DNA of 63,425 nucleotides, filler included, from Octopus bimaculoides (Eukaryota): assembly GCF_001194135.2 (NCBI RefSeq). It is 6 parts of 6 records of this genome, joined end to end, with 100 filler letters (N's around TTAATTAATTAA, not from the genome) between each part and the next. Parts side by side here need not be neighbours in the genome. Positions count along the whole stretch, not along the records: positions 24,473 to 49,493 come from NC_068988.1; 5 more parts are not named here. One strand, 5' to 3'. Made by a program: the position numbers and the translations under genes. The notes beneath the pieces are model-generated. The model was given only the letters and a program-made list of their open reading frames with translations, ran no database searches and had not been told where the DNA came from. Positions 24,429 to 37,928 of this stretch are shown here, piece after piece. The first letter of the stretch is position 1. Every line of letters starts with the position of its first letter.

Positions 24429-24907
24429 NNNNNNNNNNNNNNNNNNNNNNNNNNNNNNNNNNNNNNNNNNNNTTTCTGTTGTCAGATTGTTTTTGCACGT
24501 TCAGATCTTCGTACTTTTTTCGTAACAAGCTTACAGTACGCACTTCTCGGTTGTTATTCTTGGGTGGAATAATACCGGTGTTATTTAATCTGTTTGTAAC
24601 TTTTTTGTACATGGTGTTTTTGGGTTCGAAGATGGTCTGATTTTGACGTAACACGTGTGTTTACGATCGCTGTGCGGGTAGTGGAGGTATCAAGTTAAAA
24701 TACATCATTATATTTGGAAAAATAGAAATAAATTTCAATGAGTATTACTTACTCGGATATAGTCCAACCTTTTGTCAGCTATTTTTTGGCTCCATGCGAT
24801 GTCTTTATTTCCGATGTTTTTGGATAAATTTCGGAACAGTGATTTATCGTTCTCACATCTTATTATTATTATCGTTATTATTATTATTATCGTTATTATT
24901 ATTATTA

Positions 24908-24960
<53 letters not shown>

Positions 24961-25094
24961 GAGAGAGCAGTGCGTACCCTGTCTGATAAGGGTACACCAG
25001 GCACATGCATCACAACCATATGTGCGTGACTTTCATTCGAAGTTAAAACAATGTACATGATAACACTTCCAATCAATTATTATTATTATTATTA

Positions 25095-25134
<40 letters not shown>

Positions 25135-26149
25135 GGCGGTGAGCTGTCAGAATCGTTAGTACACCGGATAAAATATGCTTTGTAACGTTTTTTCCGCCTT
25201 CTCAGAAAAACCCTCGAAAAACAGCTATTTTTACATACTAAGTACTCAATCCCACTGGATTCATATTTGCTTTTCATCCATCCNNNNNNNNNNNNNNNNN
25301 NNNNNNNNNNNNNNNNNNNNNNNNNNNNNNNNNNNNNNNNNNNNNNNNNNNNNNNNNNNNNNNNNNNNNNNNNNNNNNNNNNNNNNNNNNNNNNNNNNNN
25401 NNNNNNNNNNNNNNNNNNNNNNNNNNNNNNNNNNNNNNNNNNNNNNNNNNNNNNNNNNNNNNNNNNNNNNNNNNNNNNNNNNNNNNNNNNNNNNNNNNNN
25501 NNNNNNNNNNNNNNNNNNNNNNNNNNNNNNNNNNNNNNNNNNNNNNNNNNGCCTTTGGCCATCTGCCTAAATTGGAACCATTTGGTAGTTTTTTATTGTT
25601 CCTGGTGGTGTTGGTGTTGGCGGTGGTGTTGAATGCGGAAGCGAAGGAATGTGTGTGTCAGAGCTCAGAGAAAAAATGCATTTTAATTAGATTACTTTTG
25701 AAAAAAAGTTTTGTTCCAGTTTCTAGTCTTACTAAGTCTTTCGGATTTTTTTTTTTTTTTTTTGGTGGTCCACCCCCATTACCTGAAGTGGAAAAGAAGT
25801 CTGTCTTTACATTTTTTTAACAGCCAGCATATATTTTTGGCAAACAGCCATTTGTATTGTTATTCGTAGTTCAAAATAGCTTTCTCAAAAGAAGCAGGAA
25901 GGGGTATTAGCTACACCAGTGGTGGCAGAAAGCTGACATACGAAAAGAAATACAACCCCTATCAACCTGAAGTCTAAAAACAGATTTTAAAATGGAAAAA
26001 AAAGGAAAACAGGCAATGTAATTACGAAGATGAGTTTCAATCTTAGACACTAGTATTACACTGGAAAATATAAATAGCAAAGAATAAATTGGAAAGCATT
26101 AATTTAAGAGTGAAAAGACAATAAACACAGTACGAAGAGCGACTACAAT

Positions 26150-26660
26150 ACAACACCACTATGAACATCAGGATAAGCAGCAACGGCGTAACCTCTTTTT
26201 GCAAACGTTGAGGATCAAAAGCGACTCGGATTCAGCCAGTTTCAGGATAAAAGTAAGGGGTGGAGGCAGTGTCGAGAAAAACGATATTTTGCTCGAAGAA
26301 TTCTTCCTGAAATATAAGGAAGGAGTAACTCTGTTTTAAGCGAACAACTCCTATCCCTATGAGTAGTTTAAGTCATTGAACTGCATCGTAAGAATCTTCA
26401 TAAAATGCTTTGCGGTATTTGTTTTGATTCTTTACAATCTTGGTTCTTTCTTTTCTTTCAATCGAAAGTCTCCGACAAGGCGAAAAGCCATTTAGTGTAA
26501 GGGACTATGAAGAAAGAGAAATTAAAACGGAAGGAACGAATTTACTTTAGACTTGGAAAAGTTCAGGACATCAGAAGCGGGGAAACAATGAGTTGGAAGA
26601 GAGTTCCAAAGTCTGGCAGTTAGAGAAAAGAAGCTATGATCGTAGAAAGACTTCCTTATT
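26150..26660 (-). mobile_element. Degraded CR1/L2-group LINE 3' ORF2 fragment
   Basis: The minus strand contains ctaactgccagactttggaactctcttcca (TARLWNSLP), the usual C-terminal motif of this group. Confidence 0.55.
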
Positions 26661-26862
26661 TGTGCAGAGGGTAACTTTGCCTTTCATTCCTCCGGATCGA
26701 TACCAGTACAATTTCTGGTACTAGTATCAACTACGCCCCTCTCCTTAAAATCGTTGATGTTGTACAATAGATCAGAAACTATCATAGTGCCTAGCCGAGT
26801 ATCAATTTAATAAAAGTATTCCTTGAGGTGTCTAACAGTAGCATTTTATAAGAAGTATTGAG

Positions 26863-27190
26863 TGAAGCTGCGTGGTTTAGTGGTTAAGGTATTCGGCTCA
26901 CCATCGTGAGGCTATGGGTTCGATTCTCTGCGGCGCTTTGTGTCTCTGAGCAAGACAATTTATTTCACGTTGCTCCAGTATACTCAATTGGTATAAACGA
27001 GTAGCACCTGTATTTCAAAGGGTCAGCCCTGTCACATTTTCTGACACGCTGAATCTCCCGAAGAACTAGATTAACGCTACGCGTGTCTGTGAAATGCTCA
27101 GCCACGTGTACGTTAATTTCACAAGGAGGCTATTCCGTTGATCAGATCAACTGGAAACCTCGTCGTCATAACCGACTGAATGCCAGTTTT
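26863..27190 (+). mobile_element. tRNA-derived SINE family A2, full-length copy
   Basis: A box TGGTTTAGTGG and B box GGTTCGATTCT, then gagcaagac..tttcacgttgctccagt. Other copies: ~15752-16030, 17372-17605, 55763-56050, and a decayed one at 36960-37150(-). Confidence 0.85.
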
Positions 27191-27229
27191 ATTAAAACTA
27201 TCCTTTGACAGTATCCAGTAGTACCATGT

Positions 27230-27705
27230 TAGTACAAATATTCTATGAGTATAAATCTCTTACTGCAATACCCATTAAAAATATTCTAAGACCAGTTTCA
27301 AGCAGTGCTATATCTTGTATATTAGAAATCTGTGTAAAATCATCCTTTATTTTATATACATTTGACTGCGTCTTATTTTTGAAAATCCAGAACCACGTAT
27401 AATTATGAAGAATGCATTTTCTTCTTTCAATCCCACACCGGCTTATCGCCATTTCCATATCTGTTTTTTTTTTTCGTCTATTTTACATTTGGATAGTTCT
27501 TTTGTCTTTCTTTCATTTTGTGTTTTTTTTCTCCGTTTCCTTTCGAGAGATAATGTCCTCCATAGTAATTGACACATCGATTAGGAGATATTTCTTTGTG
27601 GCATGGTCTTTGATAATAATATCAAAGGGATTTCTTTTTAATCTCCCTGTCTGCGTGAATCGTCATCTCTCTGAGTATGGTCACGTTGTCCTATTCTAAG
27701 AATGT
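27230..27705 (-). mobile_element. Degraded R4/Dong 3' fragment
   Basis: Minus strand: NVTILREMTIHADREIK..IIKDHATKKYLLIDVSI..SNIQDIALLETG, with frameshifts. Confidence 0.7.
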
Positions 27706-27736
27706 TTGTGTTACGTTCACTGAGTCATTTCTTATC

Positions 27737-27816
<80 letters not shown>

Positions 27817-28193
27817 TACACACACACACATACAGACACGTACACATACACACATATAGGAATATATATGTGTGCATATATATATACAAAATGTTCATAA
27901 TTATCTTTACAACTTCTACAATTTATTGTATCTGTTAATGTTGAGACCCATCAATCAATTCCTTTACATCCATTGGAACCCGCGTGGAAGTGTTTCGATG
28001 TTCCTAATAAAACTTTATTTGTTTGCCTATGTTTTCCAATAAATTCTGCCGAGTTATCCTTATTTTTTCTTTCGTCTTTTCCAAAATTTTTTTAATTGTA
28101 AAGGTAATATACAGACACCCTGTAATCACATACACTCACACACACACAGGCATACACATACACACACACACATACACACACATACACGCACGC

Positions 28194-28239
<46 letters not shown>

Positions 28240-28299
28240 ACACACACAAAAGAAAGTAAAGTTCATTGGTGAGTCATATAGACTCATACAACTGGTTTT

Positions 28300-28800
28300 C
28301 CGGTTTCCGTGGCGTTATCTGTCTCACTCTCTGTCCCTTCATTCTGAATTCGGTGACAGGACGAAGTCCAGACGACTAGAGATAAATCGCGATCAAATGG
28401 GAGGCCGTGATGTCCTTCGTATCTCACCGTGCCCTGCTAGTGCTCCACAGCGCTTCCTGGCCGGCCCTACTGCACGTTGAAATAATTTGGTGGTTTCCAC
28501 TGCATAGTCTACCGGGTCTAGTCTTCACTAGTCTTCACATGCATAGGTAGACAAACCCTAGCTCATCAAAGATTTGAAAGCCTTCAGCTACTCTCACCAT
28601 GGTTTAGCCGGCTTTTAGAAGCCATTGCCTGGGGTGTGGGTGCTGTTGCATGCAGACAGCTTCGAGGAGACACAAGTGAGAGTTGGATGTCAGGTGAGGA
28701 CCAAATCGAACAAACTACTTCGAAAAAGCATCAGGTGTTCCCTCGTCAGAGGTATTACTCCCCAGAGACCCGTATACTCAATGAACGTAAACCAACGTAT
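28300..28800. mobile_element. Unclassified GC-richer segment, possibly a LINE (RTE) 5' region
   Basis: Composition contrasts sharply with the flanks and there is no intact ORF. The family assignment is from vague recall only. Confidence 0.25.
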
Positions 28801-28859
28801 TATTACTAGTAATTCTCAACATGCTAAACATAAAACAAGATGACAAACGCAGGAGAGAG

Positions 28860-29500
28860 AGAAGTCAAACAGAGAAACGTCAATAACTGAGAGTTATACG
28901 TCAAGGTTATGACATAAAATGGCAAACATTCATGTCACAACATAAAACAGCAGTAATGAAGAGTGAAACATCTATGCTGCAACCTAAAAGAGCACGGATA
29001 GATTGTTAGATATACATGGTACAACATAAAACAACCACCTACGAAAAATTAAATACTGATAATTCAACAAAAACAGCAGTGGTCGAGGGTTAAATCTTTA
29101 GCAATTAAACCAGCCGTATCCTGCCCAAACATTTAACCTCTTTTAAGCTCTTTTAGGCAATATATAAACGGAATAATAATATATTGCCTGACGATCAGCC
29201 TTCTCACACCTCTCTTACAATGTCATTCTAAACATAATCACATTACCGATTTTTCAAAGCTACTAGATAAATCATGTTTAATTCAGAAGAATGACAATAA
29301 ATGATTATTACATTTGACAGTAATTTGGACGCTAAAGGGTTAAACATCTACGTTACAACATGAAACAGCTGTGACTGAAAATTGAACAATCATGTTACAG
29401 CTTAAATCAGCAATAACCGAGTGTTAAACAACAATGTTACATCATAAAACAGCAGTAATCGAGAGTGAAACATCTCGAAACATAAAACGGCTGTGTCAAC
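28860..29500 (+). repeat. Degenerate ~44-bp minisatellite
   Basis: Recurring atgttacaacataaaacagcagtaatcgagagtgaaacatct-like units on both sides of the MITE at 29094-29339. Confidence 0.65.
29094..29339. mobile_element. Second piggyBac-type MITE family, inserted at TTAA in a minisatellite
   Basis: TTAA at 29090-29093 and 29340-29343; ends atctttagc / gctaaaggg. A partial inverted copy lies at ~17620-17778. Confidence 0.65.
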
Positions 29501-29660
29501 AATTTATGTTAAATGACGCCAGGCAAGAATTAACAAACAAGAAAAGGAAAGAATTATGCTAATGTCGAACAGCATGTGACGCAAATTGATGACGACGATG
29601 ATGATAATGCATACAACGATGATGCCGATGTCGACGACGATGACGACAACGATGACGAAA

Positions 29661-29695
<35 letters not shown>

Positions 29696-29953
29696 AAGTA
29701 GTAGGTAAATGAGGAGGTGGTGGTAGATAGTGAGGGTAATGATGATGGTGGTGGTGGTGGTGNNNNNNNNNNNNNNNNNNNNNNNNNNNNNNNNNNNNNN
29801 NNNNNNNNNNNNNNNNNNNNNNNNNNNNNNNNNNNNNNNNNNNNNNNNNNNNCGTGTTGCTGGTGGTGGTGACGGTGATGAGAGTGTTTGAAAGGATTAA
29901 AGAGTGCGATGAAATATCAGAAAAGAGGGGAAGATGTAAAGAATAAGACCCCG

Positions 29954-29993
<40 letters not shown>

Positions 29994-30124
29994 CTGTGTG
30001 TGTGTGTGTGCATGTGTGTGTGCGTGCGTACGTGTGTGCGTGCGTGTGTGCTTCTATGTGTGACGTTGAGAAGATGGTGCAAAGGTAAAGGATTGTGTCG
30101 CAGCTGACAAAGAAATATTATCAC

Positions 30125-30165
<41 letters not shown>

Positions 30166-30215
30166 CGTTTATATATTGCCTAAACTGGCAACATGACCAT
30201 CCCCAAATACAACAA

Positions 30216-30281
<66 letters not shown>

Positions 30282-31141
30282 CTTTACTATTGTAATTGTT
30301 GTTGTTCTTCTACTTCTACTTCCTCCTCTTCTTTTCTTATTATTATTATAACAAAAAGTCAAACAAATCTCTCCTCTTTCTCTCTCTCTCTCTTTCTCTG
30401 TCTCCTCACCTTCACTTTACACACACACACACACATTACAGGCAACTACACACACACACACTCACACACATACACACACATACACACGCATAAACACACA
30501 CCTCTTACACCCACAAAAAATAAACAACCAACACATTAACATTGGCAACCTGTTTTGATGTCAAAAATAACCCAAGAAGTTTAAAGGAATAATTAGAAGA
30601 TGCCTGCAATTTGATAACCCGCTGACGCCATGTTGTATCTAGACAGATTAAATTAAACTTCGGCCGTGGTAGTGGACAATAAAAGTGGAGTGAGGTGACT
30701 GTAGCTCCACCAGTCCAGCGCAGTGTGGATCAATAAACTCCAATATGACCTCAATCCCTCGTTGGAATAAACGTACAGTTCACAAGATATTGGATGAATA
30801 CGTGCGTTAACGTATAGACAGCAGTGTGCATATATATATATGTATGTATGTATGTATGTATATGTGCATATATGTAAATATACAAATATATAAATATATA
30901 AACAGATGTCCGTGTGTATGTAGTATGTGAGAAACACGGTCAATGTATGCATATAAATGAGCCTATATATGTACATATATATACATTTACACTACACGCA
31001 TATGCATATTTATATATATGTATATATATATATATATCAATATATATATATATATATATATATATANNNNNNNNNNNNNNNNNNNNNNNNNNNNNNNNNN
31101 NNNNNNNNNNNNNNNNNNNNNNNNNNNNNNNNNNNNNNNNN

Positions 31142-31182
<41 letters not shown>

Positions 31183-32398
31183 AACACGCATATGTATATA
31201 CGTGTATGTGTATATATATATATTTATATATACATATATATGTATGTGTGTGTTTATTAATCTATGTATTATGTATCTATGCATGTATGCTGGATCCACA
31301 TTTGAGCGTAAGACGATCTAAGTCGCTGGATATAATGGTTGGTGCAACCATACAAGTGTTTGCGTGTGTATATGTGAATAAACGACGTATATGTATATGT
31401 GTGTTACAACCATATACACGCATACATATGCATATATAGATGCATATATATATATTTATATATATTTATGTTTATATATATTTATTTATATATATATGTA
31501 TATATATATATATGTATATATATATNNNNNNNNNNNNNNNNNNNNNNNNNNNNNNNNNNNNNNNNNNNNNNNNNNNNNNNNNNNNNNNNNNNNNNNNNNN
31601 NNNNNNNNNNNNNNNNNNNNNNNNNNNNNNNNNNNNNNNNNNNNNNNNNNNNNNNNNNNNNNNNNNNNNNNNNNNNNNNNNNNNNNNNNNNNNNNNNNNN
31701 NNNNNNNNNNNNNNNNNNNNNNNNNNNNNNNNNNNNNNNNNNNNNNNNNNNNNNNNNNNNNNNNNNNNNNNNNNNNNNNNNNNNNNNNNNNNNNNNNNNN
31801 NNNNNNNNNNNNNNNNNNNNNNNNNNNNNNNNNNNNNNNNNNNNNNNNNNNNNNNNNNNNNNNNNNNNNNNNNNNNNNNNNNNNNNNNNNNNNNNNNNNN
31901 NNNNNNNNNNNNNNNNNNNNNNNNNNNNNNNNNNNNNNNNNNNNNNNNNNNNNNNNNNNNNNNNNNNNNNNNNNNNNNNNNNNNNNNNNNNNNNNNNNNN
32001 NNNNNNNNNNNNNNNNNNNNNNNNNNNNNNNNNNNNNNNNNNNNNNNNNNNNNNNNNNNNNNNNNNNNNNNNNNNNNNNNNNNNNNNNNNNNNNNNNNNN
32101 NNNNNNNNNNNNNNNNNNNNNNNNNNNNNNNNNNNNNNNNNNNNNNNNNNNNNNNNNNNNNNNNNNNNNNNNNNNNNNNNNNTATATACATATATATACA
32201 CACACACACCCTCATACAAACTCACACACACATATACATATCGGTGTAGGTGTGGTTGTTTGGTAAGAATTTTGTTCCCCAACCACATGGTTCCGGGTTC
32301 AGTCCCACTGTGTAGCACCTTTGGCAAGTGTCTCTTGCAATAGCCTCGGGTCGACCAAAGCCTTGTGGTGGACAGAAACTGAAAGAATCCCGTTGTAC

Positions 32399-32447
<49 letters not shown>

Positions 32448-32678
32448 TCCCTACCACCGCTTCACATCCGTGATGGTGTGTTTACGTCCCCATAAGAAGT
32501 GGTTCAACAATACTGACCGATAAAATAAGTTATAGGCTTTATGATAAAATAATAATAATAAACACTGGACTAAAATTGAAGCATGGCCGCAGTCTAATGC
32601 TAGAAGTAATAAAAAATAAAGATAGATAGAGACAAATAAGAAATAAAGATAGATAGAGACAGATAGACAGACAGCTAT

Positions 32679-32729
<51 letters not shown>

Positions 32730-32762
32730 CTGCAGCTCCAGACCGATCCGTGCCTTGTAGAG

Positions 32763-33084
32763 CAGGGCTGCCCAACCTGAGGCCCGTGGGCCGCAAACTT
32801 TTATCTTGCGGCCCGCTTGATTCTTTCTTGAAATGGGTTTATTTAAAGAAACATTTTTAAAATGTTATCAAAACTTAAAGATTGTAATGAAAAGTAAAAA
32901 AGAAAGATACTACTGTTTTTGCAACGATAATATTTTATGTTGAAACAACGATCGTTCATGTATTATTGTAATAATATCATGAGAAAGCAAAATGGTTTCA
33001 ATTCTGTCAGTATTCAAGCGGCCCTCAAAAAATCTTTCTTTGATTAAAGTGGCCCGCAATGTAATTCGAGTTGGCCAGGCCTGG
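32763..33084. mobile_element. hAT (Charlie/MER5-like) MITE
   Basis: Imperfect TIR cagggctgcccaac / gttggccaggcctg, with ttgtagag duplicated on both sides. Confidence 0.85.
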
Positions 33085-34075
33085 TTGTAGAGTGTATCTT
33101 CGTGTGAGACATTAAATTAATGTTGTGTGAATCTAAATGATTTGCGAGGTTGGATGGTGTACCACATAGAAATTTTATATCATGGTGCATTGAAAGATGT
33201 ATGAAGAAAAAAATGTGACTGACTATCGGAGGGATGACAGTGACGAGAAACATCTTAAGGCTGTGATATATGGCAATATGGTTTTCTAAATAGAGAAAAA
33301 AAAGGCATGAAAGGTTGGAAGAACAGTCGATAAAGTAACAGAATTAGAAGAACAATGAGACACAGAGAAACAAAGTGACAGAGCGAGAGACAGAAGNNNN
33401 NNNNNNNNNNNNNNNNNNNNNNNNNNNNNNNNNNNNNNNNNNNNNNNNNNNNNNNNNNNNNNNNNNNNNNNNNNNNNNNNNNNNNNNNNNNNNNNNNNNN
33501 NNNNNNNNNNNNNNNNNNNNNNNNNNNNNNNNNNNNNNNNNNNNNNNNNNNNNNNNNNNNNNNNNNNNNNNNNNNNNNNNNNNNNNNNNNNNNNNNNNNN
33601 NNNNNNNNNNNNNNNNNNNNNNNNNNNNNNNNNNNNNNNNNNNNNNNNNNNNNNNNNNNNNNNNNNNNNNNNNNNNNNNNNNNNNNNNNNNNNNNNNNNN
33701 NNNNNNNNNNNNNNNNNNNNNNNNNNNNNNNNNNNNNNNNNNNNNNNNNNNNNNNNNNNNNNNNNNNNNNNNNNNNNNNNNNNNNNNNNNNNNNNNNNNN
33801 NNNNNNNNNNNNNNNNNNNNNNNNNNNNNNNNNNNNNNNNNNNNNNNNATATATATATATATACATATATACGCGCAAATATATAATATAATGTATATAA
33901 GTATGCACATATATTATATATATATATATATATACATCCATTCTTTTATTCTGTTCATGATAGCCATCGTCAGGCAGTGACCTTGTTTGGGTGTTGTCTT
34001 TTAAGTTTTACATGAACATAACGACCCGAGCACATTTTTCATAAGTATAAACTCCTGAAACTGCTAGAGATAAAT

Positions 34076-34112
34076 TCGCGTCGCGCGCCCGCGCCTGCGC
34101 GTGTGTGTACGC
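34076..34112. promoter_or_regulatory. Small CpG cluster with an NRF1-like GCGCCTGCGC motif
   Basis: ttcgcgtcgcgcgcccgcgcctgcgcg, the densest CpG patch in the window, at the edge of a unique segment. Confidence 0.3.
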
Positions 34113-34639
34113 GTGTGTGTTTGTGTTGGACATTTGGATAGCGTTGGAAGACAATAACGTTGGGCAACTCTGGACAGTGCGTAGAAGAAACTTTTCAAAA
34201 GCAACAGGAAGTAGAAAGTGGTTGCAGACCGAACTTCTTAATATCATAATTGTTGTTTTGTGGAAACCTCGGTCGTTGGGTGACACATAATATATTCCTG
34301 CATCGAAAGATTTCATATGTGCATGCGTACATTGCCTCTGTGTGTTTTACAGGGTTGAGAAATTACCTTTTCCCTGAGCCTGAATGTTTTTTTAATTTTT
34401 ATATCCTTGAAGGCTATATTTTTTCGTGGTCTAATACTTATACGCTTCATTCCGCATATGCGGAAAAGCTTTCTCTAGTAGTTTATAGAATGGCGTACAT
34501 AAACCATTTCGTCTTTCTATAAGCAGAGATACGTTATCATTTTCCTCGTTGCCCATTCTGTGACGAAATTGTCAAGCAAGGAGGTACAGGCTTTTCTAAC
34601 TCACATCTTCTATGATGATTTAATTTTCTGGGAACTGAC

Positions 34640-34692
34640 CTATATTGATAATTTTCTTCCCGTTGTCTCACTCCTGTCCCCTCCTTCTGCAT
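34640..34692 (-). CDS. Candidate first coding exon, MQKEGTGVRQREENYQY + phase-2 donor
   Basis: ATG at 34692 with in-frame upstream stops, and donor AG|gtcagt (34639-34634). Lies in a repeat-free segment of ~1.4 kb. No downstream partner exon was identified. Confidence 0.3.
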
Positions 34693-35500
34693 GATTCATC
34701 AACTGTTGCATCTATATTGTCATTCAGCGTTTACATTCTGATATTTTTTGGCTTCATCTTTAATCTTAAGAATATTTTTCTATGTGTTCAAACCCGGACT
34801 ACGAACACACAACAGGGCGCATAACGGTCAACGCTTCTTTGAAGTAGTTCAATCGAGAGCGTCTAGAAACACTTTCGTTTTGCAGTAAACAGAGGGAATC
34901 CTTTCTTTTTCTTTCAGTTTCCACGATGAAATCACTGGGGAAATTAAACATTGTCTTTTGTCACCTAACTCCTCCATGTTAGTTTATTTTTCTGGCACGT
35001 GCTACAAGCTAAAAAATTCATTCCTAGTAAGGGAGCTAACGCATCTATTTTGATGGCCCCTCATTGTTAATATTGTGGGTATCGTCAAAGTTCGATTAAT
35101 TCTTTTACAATTGATTGCCTTCGTGTACAACGACAATATATATATACAATATATATACAATATATATTTACTTCACTTTTTTGTTTCAAAATTGTTTTTC
35201 CAGATTTTTAGCAGCATATCCGCTCTTACCACGTTCTGTTGTTGGCACATTTTGCCGCTTCCCGTAAGATTTCCGAGACTGAATTTGCTAGGAGACAATG
35301 CTGCAAAAGATTTAAATTGCTAAACAATATCCAGGGTAATTAAAAACCCCTATTTTCACAACCCTGGGTAACAGTGAGAGCACTCAAACATTCAGAAGTT
35401 TCTTGTTAACAGCATAAAAAACAAAAATCAAGATCCAGAAAAATTTTGCAATCAATCAAATAAATGAATGCAGCTTTGCTACGGAGCTGTGTTAGAGATT

Positions 35501-35555
<55 letters not shown>

Positions 35556-35564
35556 CGGTGATGG

Positions 35565-35602
<38 letters not shown>

Positions 35603-35791
35603 ATGATGATACGGTGATGGTGATGATGATGATGATGATATCTATTATCGTGATGATAATATTACAAAAGAGTCTGAATGATAATACAGGAGCAGAAGTG
35701 GAATAACGATGCAGTGAGGGACGGAAGAGCAGCAAAGAGAGAGAGATTTAGAAAGAGAGAGAGACAGAGAGACAGAGAGACAGAGAAGCAC

Positions 35792-35850
<59 letters not shown>

Positions 35851-36387
35851 GCGAGAGCAAGAGAGAGAATGAAGGTTTGGGATGGAGGAATAAAAAAAAA
35901 AAAAGAAAATCAAGTGAAGCAATAAATATAAAATCAACCACAAGAAAAAGAAGAAGAAAATAGAAAAAGAAGAAAATAGAAAAAGAAGAAAATAGAAAAA
36001 GAAGACATACTGGGAAAGAGTGGAGTATCTACAATTACTATATTGTCAGCTAATTTGTTTAGTAAGTACGAAATAACGGTAAATCTACTGAACTTTGACA
36101 TTTATAACACGCAAGAAAATTATAAATTGAGTGTGTATCAGTGTAATTTGGTGCAAGTGTGTGTGTGTGAGTAGGTATTTGTGTATATGTAATGTGGATG
36201 CGTGCTGGTGTGTGGATGTGGATGTGTGTGTTTATGCGTGGATTTTTTCGTTAAGTTATTGTCTGTGTGCGTAACAGAGTGCCAGGAAGCGTGTAAAGTA
36301 GGTGTCTAATGGCGATAACATTTTTGTTTTATAGCTGTACCGACACCTATATAGCATATGCCCCATTGAGTTTATACACACGCACAC

Positions 36388-36509
<122 letters not shown>

Positions 36510-36901
36510 GTATAAATATATGCACATATATATGTACGTATATATGTGGGTGTATGTAAATGAATGTATATAAATATAAGCATATATATATATATTTGTT
36601 TTGCAAGATATATATATTCATATATATATATACGTATATATATATATACACATATATACGTATATACATATATATATGTGTATACATTTGTATATGGACA
36701 TACACGCATATAACATTTTGTGTGTGTGTGTATATATATATATATACATATGTATATATGATGTGAGGAGTGCGTGTGTGTGTCTGTAGCTAATGATTAT
36801 ATGAGAGATTTATTGTTATAAATCTACGATGTATATAGGGCCGTGTTTATCCGTATACATACATCCAATCAAGCATGCACATAGTGATGTATATATAAAT
36901 G

Positions 36902-36940
<39 letters not shown>

Positions 36941-37615
36941 ATTTATGTATGTATGCATTAAGGATCAAAAATCCTTCCCGAGCCATAGACTCATAAAGCC
37001 AGTTTCCTGGATTCTGTGACATCTAAATGACCTCTGACTGGATAGCACGCTGGTCCGCTGCAGGATTAACCACCTTTGATTTGTAAATGGACAGGAACAA
37101 CGTGAAAGGAATTTTCCTCATCAACCGAACCAAGAATCAAATCGTACGATTATATCTTCTACACCCACCACCACCACCAAACCACACGCCTACACATTAT
37201 ATACACACGCACATACATACATACATACATACATGCATACATGCATGTATATATATAAATATATATATATATNNNNNNNNNNATAAATATATATATTTAC
37301 ATATATACGTGTACAGATACATTCATATATACATATATACATACATACGTACATATATGAATTTATAATAACTATATACAAAGATACATATATAAATATG
37401 TACACATGTACGCATGTATACATGTATATAGGTATGTATATACTTTTTTCCTTGAGTTATATATAAAAAGATATACATCCATACACTGAGACACAAAAAG
37501 ACGCGCACAGAGACACACACAAAGATAAAAACACACGTGCATACACAAAAGTCATACACACGTATGGACATTTTAGTCATACACGTACACGTACAAAATG
37601 GCAGACACTGCGTGT

Positions 37616-37646
<31 letters not shown>

Positions 37647-37770
37647 ACATAAATTCATACTCATCAATGCATATGTACATATAGGCATAAATCTCTGTAT
37701 CATTGTTTGTGTACTTATCTATGTGTGTAAGTGCTTGTACAAATATGTATATGTATATATATATATGTTA

Positions 37771-37813
<43 letters not shown>

Positions 37814-37893
37814 CATGTATATATACATATATNNNNNNNNNNNNNNNNNNNNNNNNNNNNNNNNNNNNNNNNNNNNNNNNNNNNNNNNNNNNN

Positions 37894-37928
<35 letters not shown>

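Noticed and set aside
24753-24860. Minus-strand segment ending at a gtaagt donor (RCENDKSLFRN...LDYIR)
   Set aside because: The upstream flank is (AAT)n with no pyrimidine tract, so there is no credible acceptor.
25733-25782. Minus-strand 50-nt exon candidate (GNGGGPPKKKKKNPKDL)
   Set aside because: It depends on an 18-A homopolymer, and it gives an immediate stop if joined in phase to the 34640 exon.
26863-26925. tRNA-like sequence with A and B boxes (also ~17372, ~18980, ~55763)
   Set aside because: These are SINE heads that run into repeat bodies and lack a complete acceptor stem.
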